From contig JAFGQZ010000060.1 in assembly GCA_016935435.1 (NCBI GenBank), positions 31,262 through 95,261 of the forward strand: 64,000 bases of DNA, in the 5' to 3' direction. Below, in pieces: positions 42,461-51,200 of the stretch. A model generated the notes under the pieces. That model searched no databases. It had not been told where the DNA came from and was given only the letters and a program-made list of their open reading frames with translations. Each line of letters starts with the position of its first letter. The first letter of the stretch is position 1. The position numbers and the translations under genes were made by a program. The DNA is from Bacteroidales bacterium (GTDB taxonomy: Bacteria > Bacteroidota > Bacteroidia > Bacteroidales > UBA10428).

Positions 42461-43090
42461 CTATTTTTCTGTTTTTTTTATAATTCTGGCTGCTTCCTTT
42501 GCCACTATATTCTTTTTTGCACCAAGATATGGTTGTGCCATTTTGCCAATTTCAGCTTTATATGATGGGTTAATATCAATTATATGGTTAAATCCTTTGA
42601 ATACTTGCTTTGCATGTTTCTCCTCCCATAAAGCTAAGGCTGATTTTAAGATTGCGAAAGCTTTTATAGCCGATTCTTTGTTGATTTTTGCGTAATTGGC
42701 AATTGTATCTAAAGTGTAATCCCGTACAATTGTACTATTGTCTTTCTCCACCAGATATTGTAATTCTGGCAAAACCGAGCCGATAATTTCCGGAACTTTA
42801 TCTGCAATATAAGAAAGTGTGTGAACAGCTTCCCACCTGGTTTTTGTTTGCTTGTTTGCTAATAAAGGCAGTATTTTATCTGCATAAGGCACTATCAAAT
42901 CAGGATGTTCCTCTGCAATCATTGTAAAAACTTCAATGCTGTCCGATTGTAGTTTTTTGTCTTCATTTATAAAACCTGAAGAAATTTCTGCAATAAGCTT
43001 TGGGTTTTTTATGCATAGTTCTGCTACGATACGGTTAGACTTTTCAGTCGTATCGCCCTGCTTTGATGATAATAGTTTTAAAAGTTCCAT
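42461..43090 (-). CDS. HEAT/ARM-repeat-like helical protein (hypothetical)
   Basis: 209 aa. All-helical repeats (ADKILPLLANKQTKTRWEAVHTLSYIA...). No catalytic motif seen. Confidence 0.6.
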   Translation of the reverse strand: MELLKLLSSKQGDTTEKSNRIVAELCIKNPKLIAEISSGFINEDKKLQSDSIEVFTMIAEEHPDLIVPYADKILPLLANKQTKTRWEAVHTLSYIADKVPEIIGSVLPELQYLVEKDNSTIVRDYTLDTIANYAKINKESAIKAFAILKSALALWEEKHAKQVFKGFNHIIDINPSYKAEIGKMAQPYLGAKKNIVAKEAARIIKKTEK

Positions 43091-43269
43091 ATTCTTTGTT
43101 CTATTAGATGTAGAAGCTCATCATAAATTTTTATTTCGGTAGATAGCACCTGTTCTTGCGTGAATTGCAGGGCGGAAAGTTATCAAAGTACACCAACCTA
43201 AATGCGGGAAACACGCTTTGCAACCTGAAAACCCAGCCTTGAACTATACTATATTTTTATCAACACTTT

Positions 43270-45414
43270 TTACCATTCAATGTCCATTTCGTCGAGCAGA
43301 TAGCCTGCCCCGGCATATTTGTCGATGATAAAAAGTATGTAGCGGCAATCAACTGCAATATTGCGGCAAATCGATTCATCGAAGTAGAAGTCGCTCATGG
43401 TGCTTTCCCAAGTGCGGTCGAAGTTGAGCCCTATCATTTTACCTTCGCTGTTTAATACAGGGCTGCCCGAATTTCCGCCCGATGTGTGGTTCGAGGCAAT
43501 AAAGCATAGGGGCAGGCGCCCGGTGGAGTCGGCATAAGGTGTACTTTCGGCAGCTTTTAAAACATTTAGGTAATTATCGGGGAGGGTGTATTCCTCCAAT
43601 CCGAGTGCCGATTTTTGAACCAGCCCGTCGGAATATGTCTGGTACCGGTACCTTACCGCATCGTGGGGCGAATACCCGCCTACAGCCCCATAGGCCAGCC
43701 TCATGGTAAGGTTGGCGTCGGGGTAAAGCCTTCTTGTTGTGTCAATAAGGCTTATCAGGGGTATATATTCCGAATATGTCCCCTGGTATTCGTCGAGATA
43801 ATATTGGTAATAATATTCTAATTCTTCGGTATATATTTGCGCCAATTCGTTGCATAGTTTAAACAGCGCATCGTTGGTAAAAGCTTTGGTTTTTCCGTTA
43901 AGGGCTGCCTTTACTGCTTTGTTGAATTTGCCGGGGTTTGTCAATGCCGATAATTCATATACCGAGGGAAATATATTCCCTGCTTTTTCGCTGGTAGAAT
44001 AATTTTTTAAAAGTGCTGGCCGGTACGATTCGTCAATTTCCCCGAATTTTTGCAACAAAAAAAAGCTGAGTTCTTTTTCTGTTTCAAACTGCAGGTTTGC
44101 AAAATACTTGTCGCCCAAAGTCGAGAACCTTTCTTCAAGCATGTCGAAATCTGCGAATTCTTCTTGTACATTTTTTAAAATTGGTACCAATTCGGTGTAC
44201 AACCTGAAGAACTTTATGTTGAACACTGTTTCGTTGAAATAGTTAATTGCCTGGCTGTATGGTTTTAAAGCCCCATAGGTACTTTCAAATGTTTCGTATA
44301 TTTCCGAAAGTTGGTTTTTGTACGGGCCGGCATGGGCAAGGAGCCATTTTTCGTATTCCCTTCTTTTTTCGAGCACATCGAAACGGTTGAAACCATATAG
44401 CACACCCTTCCATTTTTTCCACGAATTGCTAATGCTGCTTTGCTCCGGGGCATACAGTAAGTATGCTTTTTCATCTTCAAGGCGTGCCCGGTTAATAATT
44501 TCAAGACGCCCATCGCGGATTTTTATTCGGGTTGGGTAAAGTTGGTTAAAAATATCTTCCAGTTCGCCTGAATACAGGTAACTGAATGTGCGCCCCGGAA
44601 AGCCCATTAGCATGGTAAAGGAACCTTCTTTAACCCCTTTGGCCGAAACTGTTAGGTTCTTTGTTGATTTTAGGGGTATGTTTTCGGGTGCATATTGGGC
44701 AGGTTTGCCATCGGGCCCGGTATAAATTCTGAAGAGCGCAAAATCGGCAGAATGGCGCGGCCAAACCCAGTTGTCGGTGTCGCCGCCAAAGCTGGCAATG
44801 CTTTCCGGTGGAGTGCCTACAAGCCTTATATCGGTATATTCGGTATAAAGAAAAAGGTAATACTCATTTCCGGCATAGAACGATTCGATTGAGGCTTTAA
44901 AGTGCGATGTGTCTTCGATGGATGTTTCGGTTTCGAGTATCTTGTTGCCGATTTGTACCATTCTCTCCTGGTAGGATAGGGCCAAAGGAATATCTTTGAG
45001 CATAGCGCCGGTAATATCCTCTATTTTGTTTAGTATTTTTACTGTTAAACCTTTTGCCTGAAGTTCTTCGTTGCTGTTTTTTGCCCAATATCCTTTTAAT
45101 AAATAATTGCTACCCACTGTGCTAAGGCCGGCAATCTGGCCTGCACCGCAATGATGGTTTGTAATGAGCAGCCCGCTTTCCGAAATTATACCACCAGTGC
45201 ACCCCCGGCCAAACAAAACAATGGCATCTTTTAAACAAGCCTCGTTGATGCTGTAGATATCTTCCGGCGACAATTTTAACCCGGCAGCCTGCATATCGGT
45301 AAAGGTTTTGTTCTCGGCCAACAGGGGCAGCCACATTCCTTCGCGGGCAAGGCCTGTAAGGGGCAATAAAAACACTGCAATTGTAACAACTGATTTATAC
45401 ACTCTCATTTTCAA
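43270..45414 (-). CDS. Peptidase S46 (dipeptidyl-peptidase 7/11 family)
   Basis: 714 aa. Signal peptide; catalytic His context LLITNHHCG; catalytic Ser context TSGGNSGSPVLN. Confidence 0.9.
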   Translation of the reverse strand: MKMRVYKSVVTIAVFLLPLTGLAREGMWLPLLAENKTFTDMQAAGLKLSPEDIYSINEACLKDAIVLFGRGCTGGIISESGLLITNHHCGAGQIAGLSTVGSNYLLKGYWAKNSNEELQAKGLTVKILNKIEDITGAMLKDIPLALSYQERMVQIGNKILETETSIEDTSHFKASIESFYAGNEYYLFLYTEYTDIRLVGTPPESIASFGGDTDNWVWPRHSADFALFRIYTGPDGKPAQYAPENIPLKSTKNLTVSAKGVKEGSFTMLMGFPGRTFSYLYSGELEDIFNQLYPTRIKIRDGRLEIINRARLEDEKAYLLYAPEQSSISNSWKKWKGVLYGFNRFDVLEKRREYEKWLLAHAGPYKNQLSEIYETFESTYGALKPYSQAINYFNETVFNIKFFRLYTELVPILKNVQEEFADFDMLEERFSTLGDKYFANLQFETEKELSFFLLQKFGEIDESYRPALLKNYSTSEKAGNIFPSVYELSALTNPGKFNKAVKAALNGKTKAFTNDALFKLCNELAQIYTEELEYYYQYYLDEYQGTYSEYIPLISLIDTTRRLYPDANLTMRLAYGAVGGYSPHDAVRYRYQTYSDGLVQKSALGLEEYTLPDNYLNVLKAAESTPYADSTGRLPLCFIASNHTSGGNSGSPVLNSEGKMIGLNFDRTWESTMSDFYFDESICRNIAVDCRYILFIIDKYAGAGYLLDEMDIEW

Positions 45415-45997
45415 TAAATTTTAACAATTCGCAATATAAGGCCTGAACGGGCAAGCCCATAACATTATAAAACGAACCTTCGATTTTTTCTATGCCGGTA
45501 AAGCCAATCCATTCCTGAATGCCATAGGCGCCTGCTTTGTCGAATGGTTTATATTTCCCGACATAATAATTTATTTCCTCGTCTGTTATATTACGAAATT
45601 TTACTTTCGATAGCGAAAAGAACGAAATTTCCTGTTTTTTGCTACGGATACAAACCCCGGTAACTACTTCATGTTCGTTGCCCGATAAGAGTTTTATCAT
45701 TTCAGATGCATGCCTGGCACTTTCAGGTTTTCCGAGTTCGCGGCCATTAATCCAAACTATAGTATCGGCAGTAATTAAAATAGTTTTTTCGTTAAGCAGT
45801 TCGGAATAATGGTTCGATTTATGCCAGGCGAGCCAAACGGGTATTTCGGTTTTTGTGAGCCCTGCGGGAGGTTTTTCTTCTATGTTTTCTTTTACAATAA
45901 CTTCGAACCGGATATCAAGGCCTTCTAAAAGTGCCTTTCTTCGTGGCGATTGCGATGCCAGAATTATTCTGAATGGCTGTAATTTGTCGTGCAGCAT
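45395..45997 (-). CDS. maf: Maf-family nucleoside triphosphate pyrophosphatase
   Basis: 200 aa. ILASQSPRRKALLEGL, ITADTIV and KAGAYGIQE motifs. Confidence 0.9.
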   Translation of the reverse strand: MLHDKLQPFRIILASQSPRRKALLEGLDIRFEVIVKENIEEKPPAGLTKTEIPVWLAWHKSNHYSELLNEKTILITADTIVWINGRELGKPESARHASEMIKLLSGNEHEVVTGVCIRSKKQEISFFSLSKVKFRNITDEEINYYVGKYKPFDKAGAYGIQEWIGFTGIEKIEGSFYNVMGLPVQALYCELLKFIENESV

Positions 45998-46016
45998 TTT
46001 TTCTAATACTTGGTCG

Positions 46017-46979
46017 TTAAAATATTTTATACCGTGCCACGAGGTTAAATAAAAGTCCCGATAACATAATAATTTTTAAAAACTGGCTGGCTCTGTGGTA
46101 GTCGTTTTTGTGTTTTGCTTTTAAAACCAGGTAACCGGTGTAAATAACCGGCAGCACTATTAGCAATGTTCCATAAATAAGTGTAACAGTGCTCCATCGG
46201 AATTTGTAAAGTGCAGCAACTATTATTATTGTGGTTGCCGACAGCAGGAACACTACAATGCTTTGGGCAACGGATGTTCCCCACGCAATGGGTATGGTGT
46301 TTCGGCCAAAAGCGGCATCGCCCTCAAAATCTTCGATATCCTTTACAATTTCGCGTATTAAGGTTAGTAAAAATGCAAACAGGGCATATCCAAGTATCCA
46401 GGCAGTCATTAACCCTATATCGGTGGGCACCATTTCAATGAAAATTCCGTATTTTTTATGTACAAATGGCAGCTCGAACAGCAAAACAATTAAAGGTACT
46501 GCAGCTACCATAAGTGCCACCATCAGGTTTCCTATAAGTACCTGGCTTTTATAAGTAGTGGAATAGAACCATAGCAAGCCGCTCATGGCAATAAAAACTA
46601 TGCCCAGGCGAATATTGCCTAGTTTGTATGAAAGCAAAATGCCCAGTGCAATGCCTGTAAAAGTAAGGGTTGTGTGCCAGAATATTCCGGCCCTGAGGCT
46701 TAATATGCGCCCGAGTATAACAGTGCCTGGACGGTTTATCAGGTCGGTTTTACGGTCGAAATAGTCATTAATAACATATCCGGCAGCAGCTATGGCCATT
46801 GTAGCAAGAACCAATAAAAAAAACTCTGTTTCGGTTAATTGTGGCTCAAAATATAGGTTGCCCAACAGGGGAATTACTACCAGCCACCTTAAAAAATACA
46901 TGGTAAGGGCAATAATTAATACGTTTTGTATGCGTATTAATTTAAAAAACGCTTTGGTATATTTCCAGTATCTTACCAT
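46017..46979 (-). CDS. UbiA-family prenyltransferase
   Basis: 320 aa. About 8-9 TM helices. First Asp-rich motif YVINDYFDRKTD. Confidence 0.85.
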   Translation of the reverse strand: MVRYWKYTKAFFKLIRIQNVLIIALTMYFLRWLVVIPLLGNLYFEPQLTETEFFLLVLATMAIAAAGYVINDYFDRKTDLINRPGTVILGRILSLRAGIFWHTTLTFTGIALGILLSYKLGNIRLGIVFIAMSGLLWFYSTTYKSQVLIGNLMVALMVAAVPLIVLLFELPFVHKKYGIFIEMVPTDIGLMTAWILGYALFAFLLTLIREIVKDIEDFEGDAAFGRNTIPIAWGTSVAQSIVVFLLSATTIIIVAALYKFRWSTVTLIYGTLLIVLPVIYTGYLVLKAKHKNDYHRASQFLKIIMLSGLLFNLVARYKIF

Positions 46980-47494
46980 ATAAACGATTCATCGTTCGAC
47001 CATTTGCCATGCAGGCGCAGTACCTGCTCAATTACGTCCCTCACGCAGCCCTGTCCGCCGGTTTTATCAGAAATATAAATCGATGCTTCCCGAATTTCGT
47101 GTGCAGCATCGGCGGGGCAAGTTGGTACCCCAACACGCTGCATGACCCTCAGGTCGGGTATGTCGTCGCCCATATATAATATTTCGTCGTGTTCGAGTTG
47201 GTATTTAAAGCGGAAGTCTTCGTAATTGTCCCATTTATTGTGAGATCGCATGTAAATGTCGGTAACGCCCAGGTTTACAAAACGTTTCTTTACTTCTTCG
47301 GAATACCCCCCCGAAATAATGGCCAGCGGATAACCCATTTTTACGCAATGCTGAACGGCATATCCGTCTTTAATGTTTACCGAGCGCACATACTCGTTGC
47401 CAGGCAACAAAAAAACCTGCCCGTCGGTAAAAACCCCATCGACATCGAATGCAAATGCTTTTATTTTGTTTAGCTTTTCCTTAAAATTTGTCAT
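46973..47494 (-). CDS. kdsC: KdsC-type HAD phosphatase (3-deoxy-D-manno-octulosonate 8-phosphate phosphatase)
   Basis: 173 aa. FAFDVDGVFTDG, IISGG and YMGDDIPD motifs. Confidence 0.87.
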   Translation of the reverse strand: MTNFKEKLNKIKAFAFDVDGVFTDGQVFLLPGNEYVRSVNIKDGYAVQHCVKMGYPLAIISGGYSEEVKKRFVNLGVTDIYMRSHNKWDNYEDFRFKYQLEHDEILYMGDDIPDLRVMQRVGVPTCPADAAHEIREASIYISDKTGGQGCVRDVIEQVLRLHGKWSNDESFIW

Positions 47495-48276
47495 TTTGTG
47501 TTTTTGTAATGTTCAGCGATATAATCGCTCAGCAGGGTGTAAATTTCGTAAAGTTTTTTATTACCTGCCAGTAGCCCCAGGTGTTGTTCTAAAGTTTTTT
47601 TGTCGCCCCTGCGCGCAGGGCCGGTTTGCAGGTTGTATGGCTGGTCATACTTAATTTTTTCCGTAGTTTCGCGAACAAGAGGTACCAAAATGCCCGGGTC
47701 GATATTTTCTTGTTCCAGAAATTCGTATGCGCTGGCAATCAGAAAGTTTGTGAAATTGTTTGTCATAACAGCAGCAAGGTGCAGTTTACGCCGTTTTTCA
47801 GAACTAATTGTGCATACCTTTTCCGAAACCCTTTTTGCCAAATCGTACAACATATTTTCTGTTTTAGGCGAAACTGCTTCGATGCACACCGGAAAAGAAA
47901 CCTTTCCGGCCCTGATGTTCTTTGTAAAAGTTTGTACCGGATAGAAAACACCTGCCTGGGCACAATGTTGGCCAATGGCCGAAAGTGGTATGCTGCCCGA
48001 TGTATGCGCAACCGGTATTTTCAGGTATGACAGTTCTCTGGCAATATTTTCAATTGCCGAATCGCTTGTACAGATAAGCACCAATGTGCAAGTTTGCGGC
48101 ACTGCCCCTAAACTGGTACTGTATTTCGAACCGGTAATTCCAGCCAGTGTACATGCATTGCTTTCTGTGCGGCTTATTATTGAACAAATACCCACACCTG
48201 CATTTTTAAAGGCGTGTGCCAGGTGCCAGGCAACATTGCCGCTGCCAATTATTGTTATCTGGTGGTTAAATGCCAT
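47491..48276 (-). CDS. Rossmann-fold DUF2520/ProC-like putative oxidoreductase
   Basis: 261 aa. N-terminal ITIIGSGNVAWHLAHAF dinucleotide-binding loop. 4-bp ATGA overlap with kdsC. Confidence 0.7.
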   Translation of the reverse strand: MAFNHQITIIGSGNVAWHLAHAFKNAGVGICSIISRTESNACTLAGITGSKYSTSLGAVPQTCTLVLICTSDSAIENIARELSYLKIPVAHTSGSIPLSAIGQHCAQAGVFYPVQTFTKNIRAGKVSFPVCIEAVSPKTENMLYDLAKRVSEKVCTISSEKRRKLHLAAVMTNNFTNFLIASAYEFLEQENIDPGILVPLVRETTEKIKYDQPYNLQTGPARRGDKKTLEQHLGLLAGNKKLYEIYTLLSDYIAEHYKNTK

Positions 48277-48475
48277 TCAATATCAGGTGTAAAAAACATT
48301 AACAATGTGAAAATACATAATTTAATGCGGGAAAGAAATAATTTTTGCTTTACCATGGGCAGGTTTCCCTGTAAAAAATGGCGATTATATTGTTGTATCG
48401 CAGAAAAATGTTAATATTCGCACATTATTATTTACGTATTTAATATTTCCAAAATCGAATATTTTGCCTGAACAA

Positions 48476-49582
48476 ATGAAGATATTGAAAGATGATAAAG
48501 GAATTGTTTTGACCCTTGATGCCGGAGGGACAAATTTTGTGTTTGGCGCCATACAGGGAGGGGAAGAAATTGTGGGCCCCATTGGATTGCCATCGAATGG
48601 GTCTGATTTGGCCCTTTGCACCGAAACCCTTTTTAAAGGATTTCAAGAGGTTATAAAACAACTAACAGAAAAACCTGTGGCCATCAGCTTTGCCTTTCCC
48701 GGCCCGGCCGATTACCCGAATGGCATTATCGGCGATTTGTGGAACTTGCCTGGTTTCAGGGGTGGGGTGCCGCTTAAGGCAATTCTTGAAAACCATTTTA
48801 ATATGCCTGTTTTTATTAATAACGACGGCGATTTGTTTGCCTATGGCGAAGCAATTGCCGGTATTCTTCCCGAAGTTAACGCAGAACTGGAAAAATCGGG
48901 GAGCACAAAACGTTATAAAAACCTTATAGGTGTTACCCTGGGTACTGGTTTTGGCGGTGGCATTGTCCTTAACGGAAAACTTTTGGTTGGCGACAATTCA
49001 TCGGCTGCCGAGGTGTGGATTATGGGCAACCGCAACCTGCCCCAAAGCAATGCCGAAGAGGGTATCAGTATCCGTGCGGTACAAAGGGCCTATGCATACC
49101 TTGCTGCCGATAAAAATGCCCTGGAACTTACCCCAAAAGACATATTTGATATAGCCTCGGGCACTAAGCCCGGCAATAAAGATGCAGCCATTGTGGCTTT
49201 CGAAAAGTTGGGGCATTGCCTTGGCGATTCGCTGGCAAACCTTTTAACCATTGTCGATGGAATTGCTGTTATTGGCGGTGGCCTTACAGGGGCTTCGGAG
49301 TTTTATATGCCGGCTGTTATGGACGAACTCAACAACCATTTCTTTATTAATGCAAAAGGTGATAAACTCAACCGCATTGTGCAAAAGGTTTTTAATATCG
49401 ATAACCCGCTGCAGAAAACAGAGTTTCTGAAAAACTACTCGAAACAGGTAGTTGTGCCCGGTACCGATAAAAAGGTTTTTTACGACCCTGTTCCACGGCT
49501 TGCCATTGCAACCAGCAAACTGGGGGCAAGCCGGGCAATTTCGCTGGGGGCTTATGCTTTTGCCCTTGATAACCTGAAATAA
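48476..49582 (+). CDS. ROK-family kinase/regulator-like protein (glucokinase-like)
   Basis: About 368 aa from the ATG (MKILKDDKG...); the track ORF starts 4 codons earlier at a TTG. LTLDAGGTNFVF, NNDGDLFAYGE, TLGTGFGGG and VIGGGL motifs. Confidence 0.82.
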   Translation: MKILKDDKGIVLTLDAGGTNFVFGAIQGGEEIVGPIGLPSNGSDLALCTETLFKGFQEVIKQLTEKPVAISFAFPGPADYPNGIIGDLWNLPGFRGGVPLKAILENHFNMPVFINNDGDLFAYGEAIAGILPEVNAELEKSGSTKRYKNLIGVTLGTGFGGGIVLNGKLLVGDNSSAAEVWIMGNRNLPQSNAEEGISIRAVQRAYAYLAADKNALELTPKDIFDIASGTKPGNKDAAIVAFEKLGHCLGDSLANLLTIVDGIAVIGGGLTGASEFYMPAVMDELNNHFFINAKGDKLNRIVQKVFNIDNPLQKTEFLKNYSKQVVVPGTDKKVFYDPVPRLAIATSKLGASRAISLGAYAFALDNLK

Positions 49583-49592
49583 TTGCATTTAA

Positions 49593-50420
49593 ATGGTAAA
49601 ACCATTAATTGATAAAGAAATCGACGGGTTTTATTCGCTAACATCTGAAAACGACCGAATGAAATTTGGCCTCGGTCCTTTAGAATTTGAACGTAATAAA
49701 GAGCTTATTCAGCGCTTTTTGCCTTCTAAAGGTGGTGTTATTGCCGATATTGGCGGTGGCCCGGGAATATATTCCGAATGGCTTGCCCGAATGGGTTTTG
49801 CTGTTTATCTGGTCGATCCGGTTGAAAAACATATTGTTCAGGCAAAGGCCAGGGCTGCGAAAGTAAAAAATGGGTTTAAGTGCATCAGGGGCGAATCGCA
49901 GAGTATTCAATTACCCGATAGTATTGTTGATATGGTAATATCCCATGGCCCGCTTTATCACTTGCAGGACAGGGTACAAAGGGAAAAAGCCCTCCACGAG
50001 TCTTTTCGCATTCTCAAGCCGGGTGGTATTTTTTTGGGCTGGGCAATTAACTATACAGCTTCAACTATTGTAGGTTTATTACAAGGCGTATTGCAGAACG
50101 ATGATGTTTTTAATATGTGCTTATCCGAACTTACAACCGGCGGGCACAATGCGCCGGAATCGATGCCGGGAATATTGCCCAAAGCTTTTTACCATAAACC
50201 GCAAGAGCTTTTCGATGAGGTAAAAGGTGCCGGGCTGGTACCTCTCGATATGTATGCAGTTGAAGGAATTATCTGGATTGAGAAAAATTATTTTGATGTT
50301 ATGGGAAAGGCTTCAAAGAAAGAAAAGTTAATGCAGTTGCTGAAGATATCAGAAACCGACAGAAATTTGCTGGCAATAAGCCCTCATGTTATGATTGCTG
50401 CCCGAAAACCTGCCGGTTAA
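49593..50420 (+). CDS. Class I SAM-dependent methyltransferase
   Basis: 275 aa. Motif I VIADIGGGPGIYS, followed by VYLVDP and ILKPGG. Confidence 0.85.
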   Translation: MVKPLIDKEIDGFYSLTSENDRMKFGLGPLEFERNKELIQRFLPSKGGVIADIGGGPGIYSEWLARMGFAVYLVDPVEKHIVQAKARAAKVKNGFKCIRGESQSIQLPDSIVDMVISHGPLYHLQDRVQREKALHESFRILKPGGIFLGWAINYTASTIVGLLQGVLQNDDVFNMCLSELTTGGHNAPESMPGILPKAFYHKPQELFDEVKGAGLVPLDMYAVEGIIWIEKNYFDVMGKASKKEKLMQLLKISETDRNLLAISPHVMIAARKPAG

Positions 50421-50447
50421 TTGTGTTTTGGCGTTGCATAACTTGTA

Positions 50448-50552
50448 AAACTTTAAACTTTGAACTTTGAACTTTAAACTTTGAACTTTGAACTTTAAAC
50501 TTTAAACTTTGAACTTTAAACTTTGAACTTTAAACTTTAAACTTTGAACTTT
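50448..50552. repeat. 15 perfect tandem heptamers (AAACTTT x8, GAACTTT x7) upstream of the hydrogenase operon
   Basis: Read directly. Unit order is A A G G A G G A A G A G A A G, where A=AAACTTT and G=GAACTTT. It begins 28 bp after the methyltransferase stop and ends 102 bp before the hydC start. Confidence 0.97.
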
Positions 50553-50654
50553 TAATAATACTCTCTATTGCTATTCTAAATAACAAATACTAACTTATTG
50601 ACCGAAATATTCTTCTAAGGCTTTAGTCCGTAACCTAAATTAAACCTGAATTGT

Positions 50655-51173
50655 ATGGAAGAACATAAGTCAATATCACAGCAAAAATGCACATGCAGTA
50701 CTACAATAGACGAAGATTTGTTGTACGAGCAGTTAGATGACATAATTGAATTGCACAAAGGCAAAGAAGGGGCGCTTATCCCCATTCTTCAAAGCGCACA
50801 GAATTTGTTCGGTTACCTGCCCGAAGCAGCGCTGAAACAAATAAGCCGGAAACTGCACAAACCGTACAGTGAAGTTGCCGGGGTTGTAGGTTTCTATTCG
50901 TATTTTTCAACAGTTGCCAAAGGAAAACATACCATAAGGGTTTGCCTGGGCACAGCCTGTTATGTGCGTGGCGGTAAAGATGTGCTTAAATCGCTTATGG
51001 ACCACCTGAAAATTAATGTGAGCGAAACAACTGCCGACCGGAATTTCTCGCTTGAAGTCGGCCGCTGCTTCGGGGCATGTGGTTTGGCCCCTGTTATTAT
51101 GGTTGACGATGTTGTTTACCAGAAAGTAAAACCATCGAAAATTGCTGAAATACTAAAGCCATACATCGAATAG
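50655..51173 (+). CDS. hydC: NuoE/HydC-like [2Fe-2S] thioredoxin-fold subunit of the hydrogenase
   Basis: 172 aa. Cys ligand pattern CLGTACYVRG ... CFGACGLAPV. Confidence 0.9.
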   Translation: MEEHKSISQQKCTCSTTIDEDLLYEQLDDIIELHKGKEGALIPILQSAQNLFGYLPEAALKQISRKLHKPYSEVAGVVGFYSYFSTVAKGKHTIRVCLGTACYVRGGKDVLKSLMDHLKINVSETTADRNFSLEVGRCFGACGLAPVIMVDDVVYQKVKPSKIAEILKPYIE

Positions 51174-51200
51174 TTTACACCCCTTTCAAGTTTATAAACA

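Noticed and set aside
50448-50552. Tandem repeat array considered as a CRISPR array
   Set aside because: The units are 7 bp with no spacers, and no cas genes are in the window. It is a microsatellite-like array, not a CRISPR.
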